Source: Lama glama (Eukaryota). From it: a DNA stretch of 64,000 nt. The notes beneath the pieces were generated by a model, which was given only the letters and a program-made list of their open reading frames with translations, did no database searches and had not been told where the DNA came from. Each line of letters starts with the position of its first letter. The stretch's first letter is position 1. The stretch spans positions 8,992,001 to 9,056,000 of the forward strand of contig CM052818.1 in NCBI GenBank assembly GCA_028534125.1. Direction: 5' to 3'. Shown piece by piece: positions 1 to 13,801 of this stretch. Both the position numbers and the translations under genes were made by a program.

Positions 1-1126
1 ATGGTGCTCCTCACCATCTGGCAGCCTCCCTACATCAATAAATTGAAAATCCTGAAAGTAAACTATCTCACCCCAAAAACACAGGCTCCGCCTGAGCAGA
101 GCCCATCTCTCCAAACCATGTCACAAATACCTGTTTAGACTACAGATGGACAATCCTTGCTCAGGGTTCCCTCTGATTTAATTAACTGGAGGTCAGTGGG
201 TAGGGTTGAAAAGCTGACATGGCTTACTACTCAAGTAGCAAGAGCTACTAAGAGCTAGGGAAAGCAGCGTCTCTTGGGTCAGCTGGCAAGGTAGGGCCGG
301 CAGTGATAGACATTTTTTGCTATAGCTTGGGAAGAGCAGAAAATTGACTAGGTAGAGCACAGAGAGCTTTTAAAGCCAAGTGGATGTGATGGCCATTTAA
401 GATCAGCAAACATGTAAGGTTAACTTATACCCAATGGAAATGAACTGTTCATTTGACTAAATATGACATCTGTTTATGTGTGCACATGTATGCACCATGA
501 TTCAAGCAAACTACCATAGATGTATAAATCCTTAGTTTCACACAAGTGAAAAATCATTGTTCATTTTCTAAAGTTTTTTAAAATTAGTCTTTTAAATATA
601 ATCCCCTAATGCTGAAAAATTAAATTTAAACTCAAAGCAAGCAATTGAGCCTATATTCTGACAATCATATAGAAATATATTCTCTGTGTTTCTTCGCATT
701 TTGCACAATTCTTAATCTATTATATTGTACATATATGCTTTCTTTACATGACTGTTTCCTCAAAGTAGAGAACAGACTATGTTTGTTTACAGTTGTATCT
801 CTAGCCTCTAGAATTGTGCATCGGACATGGCAGGCACTTCTAAATGATAAAGAGCAGTTGGTGGGAAATATATAAGAATGGAACAAACTAAGGGATGTTT
901 TGAATTCTGTCAGCCTGTATTAATGTCCCATAACAGTTTCATTGAAAAGAATACAGGTAGAACATAGACAACTTTAAAAGTTTAATTGTTTAGAACAGTT
1001 TACTACAGATGATAGAAGAATCCATTTCTATCCACATTGCTGATTTCAGTAAACATGTACAAAGACAGCAAATTTTTCCTGAGTTTTCAACACCTGTAAA
1101 ACAAAATTATTCTTTCTAGTCATTTT

Positions 1127-1292
1127 TTTAAGAACATTTTTTGTACAATTAATTTTATTTTATTTATTTATTTATTTTGGGGAGGAGGTAATTAGGTTTA
1201 TTTGTTTATTTTTTAACAGAGGTACTGTGGATTGAACCCAGGACCTCGTGCATGCTAAGCATGCACTCTACCACTGAGCTACACCCTGCCCC
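1127..1292 (-). mobile_element. Vic-1-type tRNA-Ala-derived SINE
   Basis: The reverse complement reads ggggcagggtgtagctcagtggtagagtgcatgcttagcatgcacgaggtcctgggttcaatcc, then an A-rich tract and a cctaattacctcc tail. Imperfect TSD ttctttctag(t/c)ca at ~1110 and ~1293. Confidence 0.9.
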
Positions 1293-1499
1293 TTCTTTCT
1301 AGCCAATTTTCAGGGGTAATACAAACATGAATCAATTTGTGAAATTGCTCAATTGATCCGTTCAAGGAATTATAGAATTCCAGTAAAAGTTGAAAGCTAA
1401 GACTACTACATGCAAAGTTATTAAGGTGTGACTGTGTTCTATATACCGTCTTCATCCACAACAAGATCATCATAGTATGAAAGAGATGTACATACACAA

Positions 1500-2090
1500 T
1501 AAACTACAATTCAAAATAAAATGTCAAGGATGTAATAGAAAAAGGTTTAGTGCAGGTTTTATGAATATACATACAAGAGGGATATTAAGTCTGACTGGAG
1601 GAATTAGAAAGTCAGAGTCATGAAGGAAATGGCATGTGTACTAGGGTTCCTATAGAAAGAAACAGTGATATTTCAAAGAAGAGGGAACAGTTTTTTTGTT
1701 TGAGCAGAGTTTTTGTATAGTTTAGAAGTCCAGTCTGATGGTAGAAGAGTCAGGATGAGATAAAGCCATGGTGAGGTTACATAATAAGGCATTAGGAGTT
1801 CAGGTGATGGAAGCCATTCAAGAGGAATTAAATGGTCAGGTGTGTCTTTCAGGAGGCAGTGTGAAAGACTAGAGGCAAAAGATTAGGGACCAGGTGAAGA
1901 GGGCCTGATCTAAGGCTGTGGCCATGGGAATAAATGGATAGATAGGTACACAAAGTACTGGAGACATACAGGACTAGGTAACCAAATGGATTGGAGGTAA
2001 GGGAGAGAAAAGTAATGAAAATCACGAATATTTCCAGTCTAGGTTGGAAGTATGATCGTGATGCCATTAATTGAAACAGGAAATGAGAAA
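1500..2090 (-). mobile_element. Degraded L2 fragments
   Basis: Purine-rich L2-like phrases (ggaagccattcaagagg, gatgccattaattgaaacaggaaa); boundaries approximate. Confidence 0.5.
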
Positions 2091-4124
2091 GATATATGTT
2101 TAAAGTAAGAATAACACACATTCACGTGTAGAAATGTCTCTATTCATAGTTTAAAATATTAATAACCTGCACCCCGAAATAGGTTTTGGATGCTAGGTAT
2201 ACTGCGTAATCCTAAAGGAAACTTAAGAACAAAATGTTATTCACACTGAGGACATTTATGTAATATATAATAAATGACAGTGTGTCCATTGTTTTCTGTA
2301 AAGTCTAAATATTTCTGATAAGAGGGACCATCCTTAACTATTTATTAAGTGCCCAACAGAAATGTTTAGTTGAGTATGAAATGCACTAACCAGAACAGAC
2401 TAAAATTTTCATTTCAAGTTATTTTGACTAAAAAAAATTTCAAACTACATTATTAATAATCCCTATCATTCTGAAATGAGCAATTGTGGACTTAAGAGTG
2501 GTCTAGAAAGGTTAAGAGACTGTTGTTAAAATTCATCCCTACTCTTGCCTTTAACTCTACGTGGAGCAGCTCTCTAATCTTTTAAAGACCACAAACTACA
2601 TCTGTTAATTCGGGTAATAGTATTTGCCCGCCTACTTCTGAGTCATTTGAGAATTATGAGATAACATTCTTGTAGCTCTCTGAACTGCACAGATGAAAGG
2701 CCTTAATTATCAATGATTGGTGGAGTTATTCTGATGTCATTTTTCCTACCTCAGATTTACCTAAAGTCTGTGCTTGGAAGAGGCTACAAAATTTAAAAAA
2801 AAAAAAAAAAACACTTTAAAAAGTCTTGGCTTGTCTAATCTAGATTTAGGCCAGTTACAACAATTATAGTCTATGTAGAACATTTAAAAGAATACTAGTC
2901 AGACAAGACGTGTATAAAAATAATGGTTGCCATCTAAAGAATAGAAAATCATTTAGAAAACAACTGATAGTGGTATATTTTCACTTAACTACAAAAAAGA
3001 TCAAATGAGTCTTTTTGAGATGTCATAAAACTGAGTATTTTAAAAATTAGGAAGTCATTGTATAAGTTACCTCCCTTCTGACTTATGACAGTTGCAGCTG
3101 TGCTTAGAGCTGATCCTATAAAGAAAAACAAAACAAAACCAATCCAGAAACCAAAGTAGTAAATTTTGCTTTATTTAGGAGAGAATAAAGAGATTTTAAA
3201 TTAAATTTTAAATGTCAGAATTTCAGTAGCCAATCAAGCTGAATACTCTGAATGAAATGTGTCCACTAATGAATGATCAACAAATAGGAATGGCTTCATG
3301 AAAACTAAAAATCTCTGTCTCCAGTACCAGGCACTGGAGATAGAACAGTGAGCAAGGCACCCACAGTGCTAGTCTTGGCATTCTTTGGAAGTATACTCTT
3401 TATATGTCAGGTATGGTGTGAGGGCAAATCACATAGAATGTCAGCCACTTCTGCAAGAGGAAATTTGAGGTGCACAACTATTTATATTTCCCAGGAAGGA
3501 GAATCCTTTGGGGTGCTTATTTCAGACCTTTTGGAAAGATCATATTCACACAGTTATTACTTTTCAATGTTTCACATTCCATCATTCCTTACTTATTTAT
3601 ATGCTGCATAAAAGCCCTATATCAATTTTCAGTGAATTTCCAGTTCATTCAATTTTTTTTTTTTTCTGCTGCTGTCTGACAAAGGCAGAAGCAGGAAGAA
3701 TTTTGCTTTGGAAAGATTTCTTTTTAAATGAGGTCTCCAGGAATGTAGGGTGAAGGAAAAATGGTTTGTCTGACTTCCTACCATGTACACACTAGCCACT
3801 GGGAACATGAAAGTATTAAGACTAAGCCCTTGTCTTTACAGAATTTGCAGTCTCCTAGAGGACACTGACACATAAATAGATCCTGTCTATAAAATGAAGT
3901 ACAACAGGAACATGTGTGGGAGGCTATGCAAATTACCTGTCACATGCAGTACAAAGTTAACTGTTTGGTAGGCTGATTTTAGTTCACCATTAAGAAACAC
4001 ACCAGAAAATCCCCATTTGAGAGAGAAAAATACGTTAAATTAAAGTTTTTTATCTTTGGTCAATCTTGTCTCCAAATAGGAAGAGGTAATTAATCTGGTT
4101 AATCCTTAAGTCATCTTTCTTTTT

Positions 4125-4223
4125 CTTTCTTTCTTCCTTTTTTAAATTGAAGTACTAGGGATTGAACCCAGGACCTCATGTATGCTAAGCACACACTCTA
4201 CCATTGAGCTATAAACTCCTCCC
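4125..4223 (-). mobile_element. Vic-1-type SINE, short form without the cctaattacctcc tail
   Basis: tRNA-like head on the minus strand; perfect 14-bp TSD tcatctttcttttt at 4111-4124 and 4224-4237. Confidence 0.9.
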
Positions 4224-4240
4224 TCATCTTTCTTTTTAAA

Positions 4241-4618
4241 GGACAAGTACTGTACAATACCACTTATATGTGAAATCTAAAAAAGCCAAACTCATAAAAA
4301 ATAGAGTAAAAGGGTACTTATCAAGGGATTAGGGGCTGAGGGGCAGATAGATGTTATTTAAGGGTACAAACTTACAACAGGTACTAAGTCCTAGAGAGCT
4401 AATGCATAGGATAGTAAATATAGACAACAATATTGTATTATAATCATCAAGCTTGATAAGGAATAGATCTTAAATATTTCAACTACTGAAAAGAAATGAT
4501 AATTTTGTGAAGTGATAGAGGTGCTAATTATTGCTACAATGGTAATATATTACAATATACAAATGTATCAAATCAACATGTTTTGCCCTTAAATTTACAA
4601 GTTATATGTCAATTTTTA
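4241..4618 (+). mobile_element. L1 3' end (L1MA8/9-like)
   Basis: L1 3'UTR motifs: cacttatatgtgaaatctaaaaaagcc, aagggtacaaactt, aaatgtatcaaatcaacatgt, ttatatgtcaatt. Confidence 0.8.
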
Positions 4619-5116
4619 AAATTCACTATTTCTTTCATAATATTAACTTTAACAAGTATACCTAGCAAAATAAAATTAATTTTGTAATTTTATCACAAGA
4701 TTGGAACAATGAATATTTCCCCTATCTTAAATCAAATTAAATATGTACCACTAGTGTTTAAACATGAAACTGAACTTGTCACATAAGAATTATTCTTAAC
4801 AAATAGTACATGCAAAATTATTTTTATTCATCAAAGGAAAAAAGGTCTTCACTCTTCTCATCCAGTAAACAGACGTTCCTCAATTTTCTGGCTTTAGATT
4901 TCTTATCTCCTTATTCTCTCTCTGGGTACAAACTCATCGCCATGACAATCAACTCTCTGCAGATTACTTTCATTAATAATGATTAATAATTTCTTCCCTG
5001 AAACATCTCCTGAGTACAGTTCCTATATTTCCAAATATACGCTAGGCATTGCCAAAAGCTATCCTGCTAAGGCCTTAAACCTATTATATCCCCCAAAATG
5101 AATTCTGATACAATCC

Positions 5117-5322
5117 AATCCTGGGTTGAAATCCTAATTCTGTTACTTACTAGCTATGAGACAATGAGTGAATTACTTAAATTCTCTGAGCCTGTTTCTC
5201 CCCTGTAGTATGCAGATACAAGTAGTTCCTTTAGCAAAGGCTTATTATTATATCTAAATAAGATAATGCACTAAAGATGTAAGCATAGTGACTGACACAC
5301 AGAAATCATTAAAAAATACTAG
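5117..5322 (+). mobile_element. MIR SINE
   Basis: MIR core: cctgggttgaaatcc...cttactagctatgag...ttacttaaattctctgagcctgtttc...aaataagataatgca. Confidence 0.8.
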
Positions 5323-5654
5323 ACATTTTCTCTCTCAAATTTACTCTTCACCCTGTTTTCTCTATTTTTCCAAAGATCATCATTATCCTTCCAATCCTAA
5401 TCTCAAATCTCCATGGTCCCCTTTGACATCTTCTTCTTTCTTGTGGTTAACATCCAATTAGCTGTCAAATATTTCAGTTCTGCCCAAATAAATACAATCA
5501 AAATCAACAAACATTTACGGAATGCCCACTATGTTTACAAACATTGTGCTAATGTGTATGGGGTAAGAGTAAGACATAGAATCTGCCTTTATGAATGTGC
5601 TAGGAGCTGTAAATATGAGGCCAGGTGAGCAGAAGTATAACCAATAAAGAATAG

Positions 5655-5830
5655 GATATGAATTCTAGCTCTTCCATGTATTATGAAGCCTTGGGAAATT
5701 CATTTAGCCAGTTTCATTTTGTTCAACTGCAAAATGGGAGTTGCAATGCTTACCTCACCTGATTATATCCAGAATTAACTGAGATGGCATAAACAAAGGC
5801 TCTAGTCGGAGGCTGAGACATTACAGATGG
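5655..5830 (+). mobile_element. MIR SINE, degraded
   Basis: ccttgggaaattcattt...cagtttc...ctgcaaaatgggag...cttacctca...gaattaactgagat. Confidence 0.6.
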
Positions 5831-6404
5831 GCTTATTTTTCTTTTTAACTCAGAGATTCCTTAAAGATCAAGTTGCTCAATGGAGGTAAGGGGATGGGGA
5901 GTAGGGTGATGCTAAGGACTGTGAGAAACTGTAGAGATTTCTAAATCGCCTTTTAAAGGGAATGGCCACTATTTCACTGCAGCCAAATATTGCCATATAG
6001 GAACACAAGCCAGTGACATATAATTTTTTATTTTAAGACAAGTCAGAAAGTTCGCATTAATGTGAACTCTCCAGTTTTTAAAAAACAGTGGCACATAATT
6101 TTTAAAGTTTTTTAAAGTGTGCACCAAATATAACATCTGCTAAAACCTGTGAATCCCCAATTTGCAATCTATGCCTTAATGGTTCAGAAGGAAGGGAGAG
6201 GCTGCAAATACAGTTCCCTTGCTAGAAGTTTCAAAGACTTAATGAGAGTGGAAGGTAATGCTTTTGGTTTCATCACTTGGTTCTTCGTTTTTCCTGTGCT
6301 AAGAAAATGATAACAGACAAAATTAGATTCTATTGTTGATAGACAATGTCAAACATAGACAGCAAAGACCTTTAATACCATTTAATATTCTGGATCCAGA
6401 ATAT

Positions 6405-7169
6405 TGTATAATACAGATTTGACTGGTCTTTGTGCTTGGTTCCTGGGAAAGCATCTAAAGCCTTGGGATTTCCCCAGTGATAAAAAATGTCTTGTTATTT
6501 ATGGTGGGCCCTGATAGTTTACACCAAAGAGGTGACTCACTGTGGGCCCCTAAATAGCTTATGATAAAGAGATGACTCAGGATGGGGACAGATCAAGCAG
6601 AAAAGACCAACCATGTGATCAGAGGGTTGATTTTCAGTCACTTAATATCAGCCCAACCTCTGATGAGGGCAAGAGGGCTGGAGATTGAGTTCAGTCACGT
6701 GGCCAATGATACAATCAATCATGGCTAGGTAATGGGACCCCAACAAAAACTCTGGACACAGCTCAGTTGAGACTCCTGGTTGATGAACATATCAATGTGC
6801 TAGGAGGGTGATGAATCCCAATTCCAAGGGGAGAGGGCATGAAAGTTCTATATTTGGAACCCTCCTAGACTTCAGCCTATGTGGCTCTTCATTTGGATGG
6901 TGCTGATTTGTATCCTTTATAATTAAATGGTAGTAGTAAGTATAGTGCTTTCCTGAGTTCTGAGTCATTCTAGCTAATTATCAAACCTGAGGGGGGGTTG
7001 TAGGAACCTCCTACATTTGTATCTAGTTAATCAGAAGTGTGGGTGTTCTGGGACCCCCAAACTTGCAGGCTCTGAAGTGATAGCAGTCTGTTGGGGGATT
7101 GTGCCTTTAACTGTGAGATCTGCACTAACTTTGGGTGATTAATATCAGAATTGAATATTGCAGTATACA
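6405..7169 (+). mobile_element. ERVL-class solo LTR (MER21-like)
   Basis: MER21-like phrases: aaagaccaaccatgtgatcagagggtt, ggggctggagattgagtt-like, tttgtatcctttataat, tttcctgagttctg, tcagaattgaat. Confidence 0.75.
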
Positions 7170-10100
7170 AGAACATACCTTTTAAGTATAAGATTTAACA
7201 CTACCAAAACATTTGATAGATCTAAATTGTTGGTGCCAGAGAAAATTCTAATCTCAGGAGTACTCAGGAGCCTAAACTCATTTATAGCCTAACTCAATAG
7301 CTCATATTTCAGCCACAAGTGATAATGTTAGCAAAGCAGGTACCAAATGTTACATTAAAATGACAAATTGGAAATTATTCCTTTCTTAGAGCAAAATAGA
7401 AAACTAACATTTATTCCCCCTTGAAGACTTGTCACAAGTCTGACAGAAAGAAATACAACCAGTGAGAGTTTATCTTTCAGGCTGAAGCAATATATATTAT
7501 TATTTATTTTCATTTAACTTTAAATCTTTGTCCTTCCCATCATTCCCTACCAGCCCTCTTACCTTCATAGGTAGGACTCCCACCTGAGTCCTAACATTTT
7601 TCACTCCAAACACTGCTTCAGATCTATTTTCTCAAGTTAAATTAACTGCTTGGCCTTAATCAATGAAGGCTCACCTTCTATCATATATCATTTACTCTCA
7701 GATTATTCAATTATTTTGGCTGTCTCACTGAAAACCTTCCAGTCTCCCACATCTGCCCCTATCCTTTCTGCAGAGTCCAAAAACACATAAGGTTAATATC
7801 ATGTAAACACCAGAAAAAGTAAAGAAGCCAGAATATAAAATATCTGCCCTTTATTATGCAAAGCCAAGTTTTCCTAAATCCCAAGTATTACAGTGCTAGA
7901 CAAAAACTATTTAATAAAGTTTGACTGATTGATTTTGACACTGGTATTTCCATTTTCCAAAAAAGGTCTTTAGTATCCTTTCAAAGTTAATTAAATGTTA
8001 TTTCTTAATGAATTTAGTCATGTTTTCAAGAATATATACAACATAAATGTAGAGCTTTAAGAATAATAAAAACACACAGTGCCCAATGACCAGCTGAAGA
8101 ATTAGCACAACATTAGTATCTCTGAAGGTGCTGTATTTCCCCTTCCCAACTGCATTCTCAAATCTTCCCCTTGGAGGTAAACACTATCTCTGCAGTGACT
8201 TCTGGGAATCACTTTTAATTTCAAATGTTTACTTGCTCCTATTTCTTAAAGAGACTACCCTTTCTCCATTAAATCATCTTTGCATCTTTGCTGAAATCAA
8301 ATGACCATGTATATAGGAATCCATTTCTGAACTCTGTATTCTTTTCATTGATGTATGTGCTTATCCTTTCTCAGTTAACTGGGACCACAAGCCAAATGAC
8401 TGTGATTTGCTGCCTACATTATGATCAGTGTGTTTCACCATTAACTGGATTTGAGACAGTGATCAGCATCCTATAAATAGAATATGGGACTACAAATCAA
8501 TAGAAATTAATTCTAATACAAATCCTATCATCAATGAATGGAAGTCATATACCTCCATGTGTCTTGGCGATTATCATACTTACTACATGGGATTGTTGAA
8601 GGTGAAGTGAGAAAACAGATAGATAGAAAAATGCCTCAAACGGGTCACACAACCAAAATATTTTTTTCTGATTTTTCATTTAGGCATCTAATTTTAAGTA
8701 TTCATGAATTTTCATCCTTTCCTCCACATCTGAATGTTGAAACTTGAATCTAGGACTTAAGTAATAACAAATAGCCTATCAAAACTTTTATACATTTAGC
8801 CTTGATTTGCCTTCCTGATCAGTCATCACAGGAGTGAAGCAGCTATAGTCAAAATTTCCCCTCGTTGTCCCCTGGGAATTTAAACATTTTCATAATCATT
8901 TTCATATAGATATTTTGCCCTCTTCTCCTCCCTCAAACTATAGTATAAGTATTGAAATGATAAACAAAGATCATCTTAAGAGAGCACAATCGTAAAGAAA
9001 AAAGAGAGGGTGGGGTAGGGATTTTCTTTCCTACTGGTAATTTCAGGAAATAATTGTGAGATTAGAAATGATAATTCAAGAATCCAGTTGTCTTCTCTCC
9101 AACTTTATCTTTAAAAAAAAAATGGGGACAAGAAGCCTTAGTAAATTCAGATTAAGTCTGAATAATGTCAGTTTCATTGTCTATAACCAGACAAAACTGA
9201 GTGAGCAATATCACTGTTAATTCTGCTATACTTCTACAGTGGTCACTGGGAAGACCACCGCACCAACCTACCAGATTTGTCACATACTCCTTCCATGATG
9301 ACTAGCTACTTTCCATTCTTATTTTTCTCTTTTTCTTTTATTTTCTTTCACACCTTTTCTAATTTTAATTTAATAATCAAATTGCATTACAGAATTCAAA
9401 TCATCACAAAGAATTTTCCAGTTAAATAGTTTCTCTTCTTCTGAATTACACAGAAATATCCAAGTTAACTTTTGCCTTGAGTTATAATCTATCAAAAGTT
9501 TTAGTAAGAGGACTTTCATTAAAAACAAATTAACAAATATAATAAACATCATATCCTTATTATCTGAATAATACTATTTTTGAAACAGCATTTGAAATGA
9601 AAATAACAAACTCCAGGTTTCCCTTAAAGTAAGTGCATACAGAATGTCACTACTGTAAATTTCTGAGTCATGTTAGCCTGGACTTACATAATTAGTTTTG
9701 ATTCACATATTTTGAATTTCTGCATCCTTTTGATAGTATTTCAAGCTTCATCACCTACTTGCCTTATAAAAACAGCATATATTTTTACAATGACAAATAC
9801 TGATAAAAGGCTGACTACTCCTTTGAATTACATGTTTGCATCCATCCAGTGTAGAATAACTTTAATAACACTACATGGGTTAAAGTAACTAGAGTCTCAA
9901 GTTTCTGACAATCTCACTCAAAAGACATAAATCTCCTTTAAAAAAGTTCGAAATATTGGATAAATACATAAATATATAGCTAAGCTCATAAAAAAGCAAG
10001 GGGTGAAAAACAAAAAGACAGCTGAAAATCAGTTGATTTTTAATGATCAGCCAATACAGAAGACAAAGCCTTAGGCCCATGCAAGGCAATGAGGTAACAG

Positions 10101-10252
10101 ACTCCCAGATAAAAGATGCCACCTTCAGAACTTTTCCTCCTCAGCAAAAGGATGAATAAGTTCCACCGCCCTGCTCCCCCAAAAGAGAAGGGAAGAAAGA
10201 GGTCACATGAGATCTCAATCTCAAATTACAAAACACAAGAAGAAAAAAGTCA

Positions 10253-10763
10253 TGATGGTTAATTTTATGTGTCAACTTGACTGGGCTAATGGATGCCCAG
10301 ATAGCTGATAAACCATTATTTCTGGTTTGTATCTGTGAGCGTGTTTCCAGGAGATGTTAGTATTTGAATGGGTAGAGAGTAATGATCTGCCCTCAACAGT
10401 GTTGGCAGGCATCATCTAATCCACTGAGTGCCCAACAGTACAAAAAGGAGGAGGAAGGGAGAATTCTCTCTCTTCTTGAGCTATGACATCCCTCTTCTCC
10501 TGCCCTTGGGCCTGGATCTCAAGCCTTCAGCCTCAGATTGGAGAAGTACCAACCAGGCTCCCCTGGTTTTCAGCTCTTCAAATTTAGACTGAATTACTAT
10601 ACCACAAGCTTTCCTGGTTCTCCAGTTTCCAAAGAGCAGATGATGGGACTTCTAGGCCTCCATAATTGTGTGAGCCAATTCCTGTAATAAACTTCCCCTT
10701 GTTTATATATCTATATATTATTCCTGTTGGTTCTGCTGCTCTAGAGAACACTGACTAATAACA
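10253..10763 (+). mobile_element. ERVL solo LTR (MLT2B/D-like)
   Basis: Starts tgatggttaattttatgtgtcaacttgactgggcta and ends gagaacactgactaataaca, with an internal AATAAA; gtca flanks both sides. Confidence 0.9.
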
Positions 10764-11639
10764 GTCACCATGAGTGAGAGTAAGTAGAAATAAACTGCCA
10801 AATTGAGATCTTCAAGAACTTCACAAAATGGAATCATAAGACACACAGAATGAAGAACAAGGTATTTTAAATGATCAGACACACTTAAAAAAAAGCCAAA
10901 AAGAATTTTTAGGAAAATATAATCACTAAATTCAAGTGACTACTATAATATCAAAAGAAGATGCTAAAAATGGCTACATTGATGTCAGAATTTATACAAA
11001 AGAGATTCTTAAGTTCACATGTATATAGAAAATTCTACAAGCATGCAGGCCAAATCTTTTACCCAAAAATATTTAGAGTAATTAATGTAGCAACATTGCC
11101 TTAAGGGATACAGTCCTGTGCTCTAGAACTTGGTATTGTGGTTTTACTATAGGAAAAGCTGTCTTGTTCATTTATTCAATCATTTAAGAAATATTTACTG
11201 AGCACCTTCTATATGCTAGGCAGATACAAATAAAATTAAAAAACATTTAACATCTCTCAGTATCAAAATGAGAGATGATACTTGGTTTATGGTTGTAAAA
11301 ATTTTTGATTTTTATGTCAAGTTTCAAATAAGACTAAATGACCAAGAATTATGCCAAGATTGTGGAGACTTTCATTACTATGTTTAGTAAAGAATATATG
11401 ATTGGCAGTCAGAATACTGTTGCAACTAATATACTGTGTGTCAATTTCTCACCTCCTAAATGCTGACTTCCCTTGCTCTACTGATTTCATAGATTATAAG
11501 AATAACACAAAAATAGATGTGAATAGGCTTTTAAATATCCTATAGAGATAGAAGGCATTTATCATATAATATTTTAAAAGGAAAAGAAAAAACTTACTCA
11601 TGTGCTTTGTTTTATATTGGTTGATCCATCTAGTTATGT

Positions 11640-12120
11640 TTTAAAAGAAAATCTTAAAGGACATCACTGGGCAACAATTCTCCAAAGGTGTTCCACATTT
11701 CTGGATGTTTTGCGAGCTGAAGAACTGACTATCTTTGTTCCAGACTATCATTTCAAAAATGTTAGTACAGCAAGCAGCTTTGGAAGACAGACAGTCACCC
11801 TTCGGAGCAGAAGACAGGTTTGTTTATTGCCTAGTATGATAACATCTCTACCCAGGCAGGGTTCAGGGTTCCTCTCCTATAACACAGACAAATGCATGTG
11901 CAGGTGTCACCGGACCCTCTTTGCATCACTCTGGTAAAACTGGGACTTCGGCAAATGGTGCGAATGCTGGTGCCCTGCCTGTGCTACTACCACCACCAGG
12001 AGTAATAAAGTCCTTTGTCTTTGGCCCATGAATCTGCCAGCATCCATAAAACTGAGGTAGATTAATTTGTTAGTTTGTAAATAGGGTAAAATCTCAGTCT
12101 CTTCACAATTCTCGAAAGAC
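11640..12120 (+). mobile_element. Ancient ERV1-class LTR (family uncertain)
   Basis: gagtaataaagtcctttgtct polyA region and 3' end tagggtaaaatctcag...tcacaattctc; the 5' boundary is approximate. Confidence 0.6.
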
Positions 12121-12399
12121 CAGAACCACAACAATTCACCTTTATTCTTTAGTCAGCACAGCATCCTGAGTAAATGGAGAAACTTTGAGTTCATTAACTC
12201 TGTAAAAACCCAATGTTCTTGTCACAGCAAACAATGTATTCAAATGTATGTATTATTCTGCTCCAAAATGGTCTTCAGTGACTTTATAACTCAGTGTTAT
12301 TGACCTATCAGAGCTCTTCAGCAGGGCCAACCCCACTATTTTGTCATGAATATTTCATCATGAAATAATGAATGAAATAGAAAATGTCTGAGATTTAAA

Positions 12400-13350
12400 T
12401 CTCTCATCCCGGGCTTTCCTTCACCCTTTCGGAGGATTTTTTTTTTGGTAACATTACATGCAACTAATGTTAGTATTTGAAATAATCTTTTGAGTCCAGA
12501 GAATTTGAGTCGTAAGAATAGGAAAAAACAGCACACTGAAAAGCAAAGCGTAAAGAATTATACAAACGTGAGAACTGTCAGGTCTAAACATTTTAGTAGC
12601 TAGAGATTTTTCCTCATAAATACATGCCACCAGACACAAGAAGATGTGGAGGAAATTTATACAAGTGCATACTTGCTATTGGAAAAACAACTCAAAGTTC
12701 AGATCTCAATTAGAACAGTTTATTATTCAGGGATGGTCCAGGTGTGACATGTTTAGTAGTTTCATCTTTCCGCAACAATAGCTGGTTAAACAGGTGTGCC
12801 TTTGTTACTTGTTGCTCTGTCTTGTAAATTGAGTATAGTTGGGAGGCAATGTCTTATTTTACTATGGGGTGACAATGACACAATAGTACAAGTAGCAGAT
12901 GTGTTACTAGCAGCACCCCACCAGGATAATATCTGAAGACCTTAACAAGTCTCATAAATTTATAGGCTCTATAGAACTAGAAAAATCTAAAAATAAACTG
13001 TAATACTTTTGCTGTTGACCTTTGATAAGGCTCTAGAAACTGAAGTCTAAGAATTAATTTTACAGAGATGAATTTTATTGGTATTAATAGAATGTCCAAA
13101 TGTGTTTTGGAAAGATGAGACTATAAGCAACGAGCGCTCGTTCTACCTTTCTCCTTGTTCAAGGAGTAGTCTTCATTTTCCATTAGGTACTACTTTTCAT
13201 TTTTCATTGAGCTATGTTACTTTTCCACTCTCACAACTCAAATTCTGTGGACCCAAAAAGATGTTTCAAATACTAACATTTAATTGCATACAACATTTAA
13301 AAAACACATCCTATAATACTAGAAAGTGTAGGCAAAGCCAAATGAGGATA
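12400..13350. repeat. Long imperfect inverted repeat (arms ~12400-12545 and ~13200-13350)
   Basis: The left arm atgcaactaatgttagtatttgaaataatcttttgagtccagagaatttgagtcgtaagaataggaaaa aligns by eye with the reverse complement of the right arm, atgcaattaaatgttagtatttgaaacatctttttgggtccacagaatttgagttgtgagagtggaaaa. Confidence 0.85.
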
Positions 13351-13464
13351 CAGATAAAATTTAAAATAGTTGAGAAAAATTTGTTTCTCAAGTTTTTGAA
13401 ATAAATGAAAAATAAACCTTGGACTAATAGAAAACCACCTGGTCAGTGCAAGAGCTGGACCATA

Positions 13465-13801
13465 GTTATGGTTACACCAGTGTATACATTTTTCAAAACT
13501 CATGAAATGATACACTTGCACTTTAGTATATGCAAATTTTACCTTAAAAATCATAAACAAATCTAGTTAATGAAATGCATATAGAAAAATTTAAGGGAGA
13601 AGTGTGTCGATGCCTGCAACTGACTTTTGAAGTATATTTTAAAAACGGCGGATAGATGGATGGAGAGATAGTGATAAAGAAAAAACAGCAAAATGTTAAC
13701 AATTGTAGAATATACATAGCAGCTACAGAGGTGCACCCAGTATAATTATTTCAAAATCTCTGTATGTCTGAAAATTTTTATAATAAAATATTATGGGAAA
13801 A
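13465..13801 (+). mobile_element. Old L1 3' end (L1MC/L1ME-like)
   Basis: gtatacattttcaaaactca-like start, gcaaaatgttaacaattgtagaat, tgtatgtctgaaaatttttataataaaa. Confidence 0.75.
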
